Part shown: piece by piece, positions 34,018-43,309 of the stretch
Numbering within the stretch: position 1 is the stretch's first letter
Layout of the letters: each line of letters begins with the position of its first letter
IMG/VR virus record: IMGVR_UViG_3300044667_000164
Span: 1-54,846 of that record
Source: a virus
Taxonomy: Duplodnaviria; Caudoviricetes
Reading direction: 5' to 3' (one strand)
DNA length: 54,846 bases
The notes under the pieces: generated by a model
Database searches by the model: none
Told to the model about the DNA's origin: nothing
The model's input: only the letters and a program-made list of their open reading frames with translations
Made by a program: the position numbers and the translations under genes

Positions 34018-35379
34018 TCAAGCGTCCTTCTCGCGCTTCGGCTTCGCCGCGTCGTTCGACGCCGGCAGATCGGGGTCATCAACTTGGGCTGCGCCGCGCG
34101 CCGCCTGCTTGGCGATCTCGACATCGGCGGCGAGCATGTCGGAAAACGGATTGTCGCTTTTCGCGATGCCGCGCCGCTCGCGGTACTCGTTCGGCGTCAG
34201 CGCGTTGTTTTCGTATTCGAGCCTGTAGGTCTCGGCGAGCGCCTTCTCGTCTTCCTGCTCAATGCCGAGGAACTGAAACTGCAGCTGCGAAAAGCCGAGC
34301 TTGCCGTGCAGCGCCTCGCGCGTCAGATGCGAGGCGATCAGATGCGCGTAGGGCTTGATGGTCGCGGCGCGATCGCGATCCTGCGCGGTCTCCGACGTGT
34401 TGCGGTTGACATCGCGCTCGATGCCGAGGTTTTGCGGCGAGAGATCGAAGGCGGTCGCGATCTCGCGGATCAGGAACTCCTGGTATTTCAGGTAGAGACC
34501 GCCGTCGCCTTCGGGATAGAACCGCAGCACCGAGGGCCCGCGGGCCTTGCCGTCGGAGCGATGGTCGCCCATCGCCCAGATCGGCATGTTGCCCTGACCC
34601 TCGACCTCGTTCCGCCAGTATTGCCGGAACGACTGCAGCATTTCCGTGCTCGCGCCCTCGCCGAGATCGAGCCCGATCGACGGCCGCGCATTGGTCGCGA
34701 CATTGCCGGCGAATTCGCCGACGCCGAGCGCGCGCGACACCGAGTTGAACGCAATCTCAAGCGGGCCGAGGCCGAACGGCGTCGCCGAACTCGGATTCGG
34801 GCGGATATAGATCAACTCGTCGTTGCGCAGCATGACCTGCTGGCCGAAGCCATTGCCGACGAAGTTGCCGTAGCCGACGATCTGGACGTAACGCGCTTCG
34901 TTCCGCCCCCCAGCCCAGCCCGGGAAGATCTGGATCGTCAGCCCGTCGACGGGCCACAGCCACAGCGGTCGCAGTTCGTCGCCGGACAGCTGCATCTCGA
35001 CCGCGCCGGCGCCGAGCAGGATGTCTTCGGTGATCTGCTCAAACAGGGTCCGCGCCGAGTCGTCCGTGTTGGGATGATCGATGCAGTACGATGCGATCTC
35101 GATCTGACGCTCGAGCTCGGCGTTGAGCTCGACGCCCTTCAGCGGCACAATCTCCCAGTCGAGCAGCGCGATCGGATTCTTGATCGCGTTGATCGCGCGC
35201 CGCGCATACGGCGTGCGAGCAAAGTAGCGCAGGTTGCGCGGCGTCGGCTTATAGACAATCCGGCGGGTTGCGCCGGTGTTGCCCATCTGCACGAGGTTGG
35301 GAAACGCCACCGTGTCGCGCGGCGGCTCGTGGCGCGGCCGGCCGGGCCTTCGGCCCTTGAAGTAGTCCAGCAGCGCCAT
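34018..35379 (-). CDS. Phage portal protein
   Basis: LWPVDG.TI, GLGPLE, F.LSP..LG, LTPNEYRE..G; follows terL. Confidence 0.92.
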   Translation of the reverse strand: MALLDYFKGRRPGRPRHEPPRDTVAFPNLVQMGNTGATRRIVYKPTPRNLRYFARTPYARRAINAIKNPIALLDWEIVPLKGVELNAELERQIEIASYCIDHPNTDDSARTLFEQITEDILLGAGAVEMQLSGDELRPLWLWPVDGLTIQIFPGWAGGRNEARYVQIVGYGNFVGNGFGQQVMLRNDELIYIRPNPSSATPFGLGPLEIAFNSVSRALGVGEFAGNVATNARPSIGLDLGEGASTEMLQSFRQYWRNEVEGQGNMPIWAMGDHRSDGKARGPSVLRFYPEGDGGLYLKYQEFLIREIATAFDLSPQNLGIERDVNRNTSETAQDRDRAATIKPYAHLIASHLTREALHGKLGFSQLQFQFLGIEQEDEKALAETYRLEYENNALTPNEYRERRGIAKSDNPFSDMLAADVEIAKQAARGAAQVDDPDLPASNDAAKPKREKDA

Positions 35380-35386
35380 GCGAAGC

Positions 35387-36706
35387 CTATCCGAACAACA
35401 GCCGCGGCGCCTGCGCCTCCAGCATCAGGTGGCTTAAGGCCCAGATCAGCGCATCGGCGCGGTCCGGCGAGCGCTCGCCCGAATAGCCCGCCGTGGTGAA
35501 CATGCAGAGCTGGTCTTCGAGGTCGGGCAAGCGCCCGACATGGCGAACCCGGTCGATCTTGTCTTCGTAGAGCGCGGCGATCGGCTCGGCCCGCACGTGC
35601 TTGCCGCGCGATGCGCGCACCTCGACGAAGCGCACCAGTGGGTCCTGGGTGCGGATGGTCTCCTCGACCATGGCCCCGCCGAAATTGAACTCGCCGAGGA
35701 TCGCATCGGCCTGGTGGCGATGATAGGCCTCGACCGCGCGGCGCGCCCAGCCGGCCGGTCCCATCCGGCAAGACAGGTCTTCCAGCACATAGGCGCGGCC
35801 ATCGACGCCGAGCCCGACCACGACGATGCCGATCTCGTCAGATCGCTTATCCTCTTCGCCGCGCGCCCCCGATGGATCGACCGCGACGACGACGCGGGCG
35901 AGCTGCGGCAGGTCGAGCGGGTCGCAGCGGATCGCCGCGAGGCGATCATAGGTCCAGAGCGAATTCTCGACCTCGTCGATGTAAACGCCTTCGTAGAACC
36001 GCTTGCGCTGCCGCTCCGGCAGATGGGTCAGCGATTGCAGATACTCGTCGGTGAGGTTGTCGCGGTTGCCTTCCGGATTGAGAAACATCCGCTGATAGTC
36101 GTCGCCGTTCGTAAGCGGCTCGCGCGACAAAGGATCGCGCTTCTCGCCGAACAGGCGGTTGGTCCAATGGCCGCGCCCGACCGGGTTGAGGTCGTAGTAG
36201 GCGCGCTGCTTCAGATACGGCACGACCTGCGCGAGGCGGGTCAGCACCACCAGCACCGACGCGTAGGGAATCTCGGAACATTCGCAGAGATAGATCGTCG
36301 CGAACTCGCGGCCGAGAATCTTGTCGACGCGTTCCTTGTCGTCGAGGCCGCCGATCCAGAGCTCCGAGTCGTTCGGCAGCAGGAAGTAGCCGTCCTGCCG
36401 CTTCTCGCGGAGCTTGACGCCGGGAAAGCAGCTCTTGAACACCTTCGGCAGGGTGTCGAGCGCGACCGAGGTGCGGGCCGCGTTGGCGCGAAAGCGCAGG
36501 ATCGCGTGCCGGGAGCTCGGCGCCCGCAACGCGCGGATCGCAATCGCGCGCACCAGAAGCGTGGTCTTGCCGCTCCGCGCGCCGCCGACCAGACAGGTAT
36601 GGCGCTGCGGTCCGGCGAGCAGGCTCTGCGCCTGCTCCTGATCGGCAGTGAGCCTAAAGCTTCGCCTCGGTTGGAGTGATGGTGACGAGCGGGAGTGGAC
36701 CTCCAT
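35387..36706 (-). CDS. terL: Terminase large subunit (true start uncertain, see findings)
   Basis: Walker A GGARSGKT, DLNP, nuclease VAVDPS..DEIGI, E.NFGG, SPDRADAL. Confidence 0.93.
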   Translation of the reverse strand: MEVHSRSSPSLQPRRSFRLTADQEQAQSLLAGPQRHTCLVGGARSGKTTLLVRAIAIRALRAPSSRHAILRFRANAARTSVALDTLPKVFKSCFPGVKLREKRQDGYFLLPNDSELWIGGLDDKERVDKILGREFATIYLCECSEIPYASVLVVLTRLAQVVPYLKQRAYYDLNPVGRGHWTNRLFGEKRDPLSREPLTNGDDYQRMFLNPEGNRDNLTDEYLQSLTHLPERQRKRFYEGVYIDEVENSLWTYDRLAAIRCDPLDLPQLARVVVAVDPSGARGEEDKRSDEIGIVVVGLGVDGRAYVLEDLSCRMGPAGWARRAVEAYHRHQADAILGEFNFGGAMVEETIRTQDPLVRFVEVRASRGKHVRAEPIAALYEDKIDRVRHVGRLPDLEDQLCMFTTAGYSGERSPDRADALIWALSHLMLEAQAPRLLFG

Positions 36707-37079
36707 CCGGGCCAGACCCTTCGAATCGTTCTTTCCAGATGCCGGCGATCTTCGCTTTCGCGACCGATGCGCTGACCGCCGCAGCCGGTGCCATCACCTT
36801 CGAGGACAGCGCGAGCCTGCGCGCCTCCTCGAGCTCGAGGAGAATCGAGCCGGCCGAGACCTCGGCGAGGGCGGCGCCGGCGCGCTGCAACTCGGCGACG
36901 CGGACGCGGATGTGCGGATGCTGGCAGAACTTGCGGGCATTCGCCTTGAACGACGATCCGGTCGGATCGTAGCCCGCGATCTCGGCGGCTTCTTCAAACA
37001 GCGTGCGGCCCGCCGTGTGCTTGCCCGCCGCCAGATGCTGTGCCGCGTTCTCCCAGCGCGGATCGCGCAGGGCACCCAT
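36654..37079 (-). CDS. terS: Terminase small subunit
   Basis: L.DPRWE..AQ.LAAG...AGY...NA....HP.I..RV.ELQ; GPDGGPL; upstream of terL. Confidence 0.85.
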   Translation of the reverse strand: MGALRDPRWENAAQHLAAGKHTAGRTLFEEAAEIAGYDPTGSSFKANARKFCQHPHIRVRVAELQRAGAALAEVSAGSILLELEEARRLALSSKVMAPAAAVSASVAKAKIAGIWKERFEGSGPDGGPLPLVTITPTEAKL

Positions 37080-37084
37080 CGTTC

Positions 37085-37330
37085 ACGTCCCGGAAAAAGA
37101 GTCCGTCCGAGTCCACTTGGACTCATTCATGCCACAATCGCGGAAGGCGCGGCACCCCGATCGACATCGGTTCTGAAACGATCGCCTGCGATCGTTGTCA
37201 CGCGACCCCGGAAGGGTACAGCCTCACCGTGATCGACGCGGTCTGACGCTTTCTCAAGAAGGCGCCATCAGTGCTTCGAGCGGTAGCGATGATTCGGGCC
37301 TTGCGGCAAGCACCGCAGGCTGGCGTCCAC
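37085..37330 (-). promoter_or_regulatory. Putative late promoter and structured leader
   Basis: Intergenic region with several hairpins and a U-tract just before terS. Confidence 0.5.
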
Positions 37331-37358
37331 TGTTGTAATATTTCGTGATTGGACTATC

Positions 37359-37377
37359 ATATATCGCTGCGATATAT
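37359..37377 (+). promoter_or_regulatory. Palindromic operator ATATATCGC-T-GCGATATAT in an AT-rich promoter region
   Basis: Perfect 9-bp inverted repeat upstream of the + strand genes. Confidence 0.6.
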
Positions 37378-37450
37378 TCAAATCATCGGCAAGCGAGCTG
37401 ATGACCCCGCGGCTAGGGTGACAGGCCGCCGATCTAAGGAGGATCGACCG

Positions 37451-37666
37451 ATGACCACTCAGAAAGAAATCGCTTCCAGCCTCGATCTCGCTTCCCTCCG
37501 GGCCGGCTCTTATGGCGCCACCAGGAAGCAGGTCTGGTTTCTCGCCGGCCTGATTGCCAAGGCCGGCGAAGAAGCCTCCGGCGTGATCGAGAGCGGCATG
37601 CTGACCTCTCGCAACGCATCGTTCTACATCGGCCGCTATCTCGCCGACCAGAAGAAGGCCGCCTGA
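37451..37666 (+). CDS. Hypothetical protein (moron)
   Basis: AAGGAGG RBS, ATG at 37451. Confidence 0.75.
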   Translation: MTTQKEIASSLDLASLRAGSYGATRKQVWFLAGLIAKAGEEASGVIESGMLTSRNASFYIGRYLADQKKAA

Positions 37667-37669
37667 GCG

Positions 37670-37987
37670 ATGACAACGCCCTTTACCTCAGCCGAATTGA
37701 TTGCCGCCGCCAAGGCTTACATGGCTGCCGAGGCCAAGATCATGACCGAGCGCCCGGACGGGTGGCCGCGCGCGGCTTGGCGTTCCCGCAACGCCGACAA
37801 GCTACCGCCGACCTCGTTTCAGGCGAAGTGCGGGCGCGTCAAATGTCGGCTCGAATTCTCGGCCAACAACGGCAACCCTTATGACCTGTGGGTGTGGGCC
37901 GCGTCAAAGCGCAACAAGCTTTTGCGCCAGATCGACCTGCGAGCACCTGACGCCGACCAGAAGCTTGCCGATTTTGAACGGCTCTGA
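37670..37987 (+). CDS. Hypothetical protein (moron)
   Basis: Starts 3 bp after the previous gene; followed by a terminator. Confidence 0.7.
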   Translation: MTTPFTSAELIAAAKAYMAAEAKIMTERPDGWPRAAWRSRNADKLPPTSFQAKCGRVKCRLEFSANNGNPYDLWVWAASKRNKLLRQIDLRAPDADQKLADFERL

Positions 37988-37995
37988 AACGAGAA

Positions 37996-38023
37996 GGGGC
38001 ATCCCGCAGGATGCCCCATTTTG
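37996..38023 (+). terminator. Rho-independent terminator
   Basis: GGGGCATCC-CGCA-GGATGCCCC-ATTTT. Confidence 0.65.
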
Positions 38024-38131
38024 TGGGCAACCGCAACCCTACAACCCGCGACGAACGTCGGAGCCGAAGGCTATCACGATCGCTCGCAACCGCAACCACT
38101 CTCTAACGCTCATCAGTAGAGCAATAGCCCG

Positions 38132-38332
38132 ATGAAGCTACGCCACGACTGGGAGCACGACAAGCGCGATTTTTCGACATGCCTCAAAGAGTGGGCGCAG
38201 CAGGTCGGATCGCGCCAGCAGGCGGCGGATGAACTCAGGGTGCCGATCAACAGCCTCAACATGTGGTGCGCCGGCCGCACCTGCGAGCGCGAGCAGAGCC
38301 TGCGCAGGCTGATGACGCTAATCCGCGTCTAA
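38132..38332 (+). CDS. Small XRE-like HTH protein
   Basis: LKEW....GSRQQAADELRVPINSLNMWCAGR. Confidence 0.75.
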   Translation: MKLRHDWEHDKRDFSTCLKEWAQQVGSRQQAADELRVPINSLNMWCAGRTCEREQSLRRLMTLIRV

Positions 38333-38952
38333 ACCCGATCGATCTGGTGCTGAAACACTGAGACCGGCGTCTTGCGGCCCATCAGTTCCACCTCCACCAC
38401 GATCCGGCCGCCACGTTCGAGCTTTGCCACCGTGCCTGTCGGCCAGCGGCCGTGCATGTCGTCGGCAAAGCGCACGTGATCACCCGGTACAAAGCGATGC
38501 GCGGCGCCCTTCGGGGATGGCGTGTTCTGCGCCGTCTCGATGCGGCGGATGATGGCGATGTCGTCCTCGCGCAGGAAGAGCGGATCCCCGGAAAACGTGC
38601 GGACGAAATTGATCGCGCCGGTGATGCGCTCGATCAGCCCCTCGAAATCCTCAACCTGCGAACCCGGCGAGAACAGATAGCCCGGCACGATGCCGCACAC
38701 GATCACCTTCGGCACCGCGCGACCGTTCCTCCGTGCGCGGGTTGCGATGATCTTCTCGTAATTCGGCCAGTACGCCCGCACGCCGTTGCGGCGGAAGCTA
38801 TCGACGGCCTCGAGCTCGTGACCGGGCCGCGCCAGCACCATGTACCAGCGGCGATCCTCGGTGGCCGAACCGATTGGCCGGGTATCCATCCCGAGCGCTT
38901 GTTCGCGAACTTCGGCCAGATTGCCGCACGTTTCCCCCATCAGCATTGTCAT
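38329..38952 (-). CDS. NusG-family transcription antiterminator (late regulator)
   Basis: NGN domain (WYMV..RPG.E, PGYLF) plus KOW (F.PGDHVR; VEVELMGRKTPV). Confidence 0.9.
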   Translation of the reverse strand: MTMLMGETCGNLAEVREQALGMDTRPIGSATEDRRWYMVLARPGHELEAVDSFRRNGVRAYWPNYEKIIATRARRNGRAVPKVIVCGIVPGYLFSPGSQVEDFEGLIERITGAINFVRTFSGDPLFLREDDIAIIRRIETAQNTPSPKGAAHRFVPGDHVRFADDMHGRWPTGTVAKLERGGRIVVEVELMGRKTPVSVFQHQIDRV

Positions 38953-40148
38953 CCTCTCGCTTGCTCGCTCAGAAAGGCCTCGTCATCGGCACTCATCAGC
39001 GTCGCCGGCGGCCCCGTCGTGTAGAGCTTGCCGTCGACCGAGGGCGGCCATGGCCAGGGCGCGCGATCGCCGGATTTAAGCGGGCGCCGCGCGACCGCGA
39101 CCGCCTCGCGCAGCAGCGCGTCCCAGGCGCCGGCCTGCTGATGATCGAGCACGATCCAGCCGTCCTTCGGCCCGGCTTCGGCCAGCGCCAGCAACCGCGG
39201 GGTCACCGCTTTGCGGTACGAAATTGCGCCGGCGCGCTTCATCACGCCGTGGAAGAACGACCCCTTGCCGGCCACGTCGTAGAGCACGCCGATCGCCTTG
39301 GCTTCCGTGGAGTCGAGCGGATAGGTTTTCGGGGTGCCCTGCTCGGGCTTGGCCTCAAGCAGCGTCCAGCGCTTTTCGGTCAGGTAGGTCGATCCAGCGG
39401 GAACGCCCTTGCGCCCAAGCCGTTTCAGCCCGTCGAGGAACGGCCCGATGCCCTCCAGCGCCGCCTTCTGCTCGTCATCGCTCAACGCTGCGGCGGCGTA
39501 GGCGACGCGCTGACGGTCATCGAACGGCGCCGACGGCCACCGCGCCTCGAAATCGACGATGAACCTCGCCGTGTGATCCTTCCGCTCGCGCGCGCGCGCA
39601 TCTCTCTCACGTTCAAGAGGGGGTCGTTCTAAGGGGTCGTTCTTGGTGCCCACGTATGGCTGGGCACCCGTGCCCACGTATGGCTGGGCACCCGGGTGCC
39701 CATCTGGCTGGGCACCCTGTGACGCAGTGTCGGCCTCGCCGCGATCGTCATCGCCGTCGTCTGCGGGGGTGCCCACCTGTGGGCACCCCTCCGCTTGCGA
39801 TGCACTTTCCGCATGGCTTTCGCCATCACGAGTCGCTGCCTCCCAGACGTAGTCGTCGCGGTCGAGCCGCACGCGATAGGCATAGCTTGCGCTCGGCTGC
39901 GTCGCCTCATCGACGCTTGTGCCGCGCCGCTTCTTTTCGACCCAACCGGCCTCGATCAGCCGCTCAAGCGAGCGCTGCACCGACGACCGGCCGCAATCGA
40001 GTTCGGCCGCCATCTTGACCTGGCTCCGCGCGCACCAGCCCTGCCGGTCGATGTGACGGCCGAGCAGACAGAGCACCTGCAGGTCGCGGGGCTCGAGGCG
40101 TCGATCGGTGACGGCGCCGGCTGGAATGATCGAGAGTCGAATGCTCAC
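38949..40148 (-). CDS. Replication initiator protein with N-terminal HTH
   Basis: VLC.LG.H.D..GWC..SQ..MA.EL.C.RS.VQR.L..L...GW; internal repeats. Confidence 0.85.
   Translation of the reverse strand: MSIRLSIIPAGAVTDRRLEPRDLQVLCLLGRHIDRQGWCARSQVKMAAELDCGRSSVQRSLERLIEAGWVEKKRRGTSVDEATQPSASYAYRVRLDRDDYVWEAATRDGESHAESASQAEGCPQVGTPADDGDDDRGEADTASQGAQPDGHPGAQPYVGTGAQPYVGTKNDPLERPPLERERDARARERKDHTARFIVDFEARWPSAPFDDRQRVAYAAAALSDDEQKAALEGIGPFLDGLKRLGRKGVPAGSTYLTEKRWTLLEAKPEQGTPKTYPLDSTEAKAIGVLYDVAGKGSFFHGVMKRAGAISYRKAVTPRLLALAEAGPKDGWIVLDHQQAGAWDALLREAVAVARRPLKSGDRAPWPWPPSVDGKLYTTGPPATLMSADDEAFLSEQARG
39646..39789. repeat. Putative origin iterons: three tandem 24-bp units plus one palindrome
   Basis: GTGCCCACGTATGGCTGGGCACCC at 39646 and 39670, variant at 39694; GGGGTGCCCAC-CT-GTGGGCACCCC at 39766. 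Confidence 0.8.
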
Positions 40149-40155
40149 GTTGCGG

Positions 40156-40410
40156 TCACCTCTCCCCCGTGCATTTGAGCGCGGGCCCTTCGCATTGTTC
40201 GCTTGCGCCTTGCGTTCGCCGCCATTCGCGCCAGTGCTGCCCGTCCGGGCCGTGCACGGTGACCTTGACCGCGCCGCAGGTCAGGCAGACCCGCTCGGTC
40301 TGCGGATAGCGGCAGCGCGCCGGATCAGCCGGGGCCGACACCGGCTCGCCGAACAGGTGTTCGCCCTCGCGCAGCGACCGGTGCAGCGGCAGGCTTGCGA
40401 TCTCGCTCAT
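40156..40410 (-). CDS. Small Zn-ribbon-like protein
   Basis: TERVCLTCGAVKVT. Confidence 0.6.
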   Translation of the reverse strand: MSEIASLPLHRSLREGEHLFGEPVSAPADPARCRYPQTERVCLTCGAVKVTVHGPDGQHWREWRRTQGASEQCEGPALKCTGER

Positions 40411-40817
40411 CGCTCCCTCCCGTCATCGTGCGTCGTGGCGAGCCGGTCGAGCGCCGAATATCCGGGCGGCGGATCGCCCAGCACCACCTGGGTCAGGGTG
40501 CGCCTGGTCGCGGCGCGGGCGCGGTGCTCGCGATCGACCAGGAGCTCGGGCGGCGCGCGCTTCGCCTCCAGCGAGCCGAGACCGCGGATCATCGGCGCGC
40601 CGAACGACGGCCCGTGATCCGACAACCGCCGTGCGACCGACCAGGTCTTGCGGTCGATCCGCGCCGCGATGTTGTGGATCACCCGCTCGCGCAAGCCGCG
40701 CGGCGGATCGCTGCCATAGACATCGGAGACCTCGCGCTGCCAGATCTCGGCAGCGAGCGCGATCTGCTCTGCAGTCCATTCCTCGCGCTTGGACTTGACG
40801 ATGACACGATGGGTCAT
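40407..40817 (-). CDS. Hypothetical protein
   Basis: Overlaps both neighbours; C-terminal GDPPPGYSAL. Confidence 0.7.
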   Translation of the reverse strand: MTHRVIVKSKREEWTAEQIALAAEIWQREVSDVYGSDPPRGLRERVIHNIAARIDRKTWSVARRLSDHGPSFGAPMIRGLGSLEAKRAPPELLVDREHRARAATRRTLTQVVLGDPPPGYSALDRLATTHDDGRER

Positions 40818-42640
40818 GTGCGCCCCCTCAGCATGGTCAGCACGCCTTCCATGTGCTGCTTGGCCGCCGCATCGGCATCGCGGCGGTCGTCGTCGCTCTC
40901 GGCCCGATCCGACATCAGACCGGTGAACTGGCTCGCCTTCAGATTGAGCGTCGACATCACGAAAGGATCGGTGCCGAGATCGGTGACGAGATAGTAGGCA
41001 AGCACGCTGTCGCGCTGGCCCATGCGATGCGCGCGGTCTTCCGCCTGGCGATGGATCGCCGGCGACCAGTCCAGTTCCGCGAACACCACGACGCGGGCCC
41101 GCTTCTGCAAGCCGTCAATGCCGGTCGCGGCCCTGAGCGAGATCAGACAGAGGTTGGTCTCGCCATTGGCGAAGGCAGTGACCGCGGCATCTTTTTGCGA
41201 CTTGTCCTGCCGACCGGTGATGCACACCGGCTTGAACTCTTCCAGCGCTTCGAGAACGCCATCGGTGACGGCATGATGGTGCAGGAACACGAGCGTCGGC
41301 TCCTCTGCCTCCATCAGCCCGCGCAGGAAGCCGATCACCGCCGGCAGCTTCGCCATCGCGGTCGCACGGCGCGTCATCTGGATGGCTTCGGCCTCCATCC
41401 GGGCCCGGTCGAACGGACTCTCGATCGCCGCCGCCTCCCTGGCGAGAGCGGCAGCGCGGGTGACAAGATCGGCGAAGATTTCCTTGTCGCCATCGATCGG
41501 CTCGATCACCCTGCGTTTCGCCGGCAGCTCGAGGTTCACCTCTTCCTTACGCCGCCGCAGCATCAGCTTGCGCTCGCGCAGGTACTGGCCAAGCACCTCC
41601 GGATCGGTCACCACCAGCTTGCCGGCGACGTAGCCGCACCAGTCGCGCTCGAAGGACGCGCGCGTGCCGAGCGAGCCGCGACACAGCGCATTCATCACGC
41701 TGTGCATCTCGATGCCGTGGTTGTAGATCGGCGTTCCGGAGAGGCCCGCGACGTTGTCGGCCGCGCGCGCGATCAGCGTGCAGGCCTCGTGCTTGCGCGT
41801 GTTGGGGTGGCGCAGTTCCTGGCATTCGTCGAAGATCACGGTCTTGATGCCGCGTTCGACCAGGAACTCGGCCCATGCGTGCAGCACGAGGTAGTGGACG
41901 ATGTAGACATCCGCCTGCGGCGTCGAATCGAACCGCTTGGCACCGTTCAAAGCGACGACGCGGAGCCCATCGGCTGAGCGGCCCCCGAAATCAGCGCAGC
42001 GCATGAACTCGCCAATCTTGCGCTCCCAGTGCCGCTGGACATGGGGCTGGCAGACGATCACCGCCGGCCACTCGGCAATGCGGTCGAGGAAGGCGAAGGC
42101 CTGCACGGTCTTGCCGAGCCCCATGTCGTCGGCGAGAAGGCCCTTGCGCACCGCGCACAGAAAGGCGACGCCTTCGGTCTGGAACGGCAACAGCTTGCCG
42201 ACGAAGTAGCGGCCAGCGGCGCTCGCCGGCGCGACCGATGACGCGATGTGACGCTCGGCGACCAACTGGCGGTAGAAGCGATCGAACATCGTGCGCGCCG
42301 CTTCGGTCATTCCGTGCGGGAAACGATGCAACAGCAACAACAACTCGTCGAACGAGCCAAGCGTCGCCGGGAACGAGATATGGCTCACGCTCGCATGGCT
42401 TTCCGAGCCGAACAGCTTGCGCGCCATGATCACCGCGTGCGGCGAGCCGGAAATCTTCCAACGCGGCCAGACCGGCGAATTCGGCTCCTCCGGCTCGGTA
42501 TAGTCGAGCACGCCGACGGTCGCGGCCGTTGGCGGTCGCGTCAGCACGGCCGGCAGCAAATCGCTCGCATCGTCTCGCCACGCGAGTTGCTCGGCGGCAA
42601 TCAGGAGGTCATCGTCCGACACAGAGGCAGGTCCGTCCAT
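40814..42640 (-). CDS. SNF2-family helicase/ATPase
   Basis: LADDMGLGKT, DECQ, LSGTP, QAEDRAHRMGQ. Confidence 0.93.
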   Translation of the reverse strand: MDGPASVSDDDLLIAAEQLAWRDDASDLLPAVLTRPPTAATVGVLDYTEPEEPNSPVWPRWKISGSPHAVIMARKLFGSESHASVSHISFPATLGSFDELLLLLHRFPHGMTEAARTMFDRFYRQLVAERHIASSVAPASAAGRYFVGKLLPFQTEGVAFLCAVRKGLLADDMGLGKTVQAFAFLDRIAEWPAVIVCQPHVQRHWERKIGEFMRCADFGGRSADGLRVVALNGAKRFDSTPQADVYIVHYLVLHAWAEFLVERGIKTVIFDECQELRHPNTRKHEACTLIARAADNVAGLSGTPIYNHGIEMHSVMNALCRGSLGTRASFERDWCGYVAGKLVVTDPEVLGQYLRERKLMLRRRKEEVNLELPAKRRVIEPIDGDKEIFADLVTRAAALAREAAAIESPFDRARMEAEAIQMTRRATAMAKLPAVIGFLRGLMEAEEPTLVFLHHHAVTDGVLEALEEFKPVCITGRQDKSQKDAAVTAFANGETNLCLISLRAATGIDGLQKRARVVVFAELDWSPAIHRQAEDRAHRMGQRDSVLAYYLVTDLGTDPFVMSTLNLKASQFTGLMSDRAESDDDRRDADAAAKQHMEGVLTMLRGRT

Positions 42641-42645
42641 GCCCG

Positions 42646-42930
42646 TCAGATCATCCCGAGCGCGTGCAGGTAGGTTTCGAGGATGGTCTCGTGTTCCTGC
42701 CGCTCGTTGGCATCCTGCTTGCGCATCCGGATGATGGTGCGCAACGCCTTCGTGTCGTAGCCGTTGCCCTTGGCCTCGGCATAGATGTCGCGGATGTCTT
42801 CGTTGAGCGTCCGCTTTTCCTCTTCCAGCCGCTCGATCCGCTCGACGATCGATTTGAGCTGATCGCGCGCGAAGCTGGTCGAGGCACGCTCGACCGACGA
42901 CGACTCAATCGTGGCAGTTTCGACCTGCAT
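42646..42930 (-). CDS. gapR: GapR/DUF2312 (UPF0335) nucleoid-associated protein
   Basis: [43 protein letters not shown]...Y..ALGM. Confidence 0.93.
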   Translation of the reverse strand: MQVETATIESSSVERASTSFARDQLKSIVERIERLEEEKRTLNEDIRDIYAEAKGNGYDTKALRTIIRMRKQDANERQEHETILETYLHALGMI

Positions 42931-42988
42931 GAGTTTTTCCCCTGCACATGATGGTGATGACGCGGACGCAACAGAACGAAACAATACG

Positions 42989-43309
42989 TCAGCGCGCGAG
43001 CAGCGACGGCGCTTCCGCCGCCTGCTTTTCCTCGTGCGCCTGCAGCATCAGGTCGCCGGCTGCGACCTCGAACACGGGCCCGGCGTTCGAGAACCACTCG
43101 ATCATCTTGGCCAGTACGAGGTAGCGCGCCATCTGGACCGACGGCGCCCGGCGGTACTTCTCGACCGCGCCGTTGACCGGCAGCAGCACGCGATAGATCG
43201 CAGCGGTCCCCTCACGCTCCGGCTCGATCACGCCGACGAGGTGAGTGCCGAGCATCACCTCGATGCGGCCAACCTGATCGATGATGAACGTCGCGGTATC
43301 CGCCGTCAT
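42989..43309 (-). CDS. Hypothetical protein
   Basis: ATG at 43309 overlaps the previous stop. Confidence 0.6.
   Translation of the reverse strand: MTADTATFIIDQVGRIEVMLGTHLVGVIEPEREGTAAIYRVLLPVNGAVEKYRRAPSVQMARYLVLAKMIEWFSNAGPVFEVAAGDLMLQAHEEKQAAEAPSLLAR

Noticed and set aside
36270-36300. TerL Walker B reading IYLCE instead of DE as a sign of inactivation
   Set aside because: The catalytic Glu is retained and the preceding residue varies among terminases; other motifs are intact
39646-39717. Tandem 24-bp repeats (and the 15-bp repeats at 49175) as a CRISPR array
   Set aside because: No unique spacers and no cas genes; better explained as iterons and a VNTR
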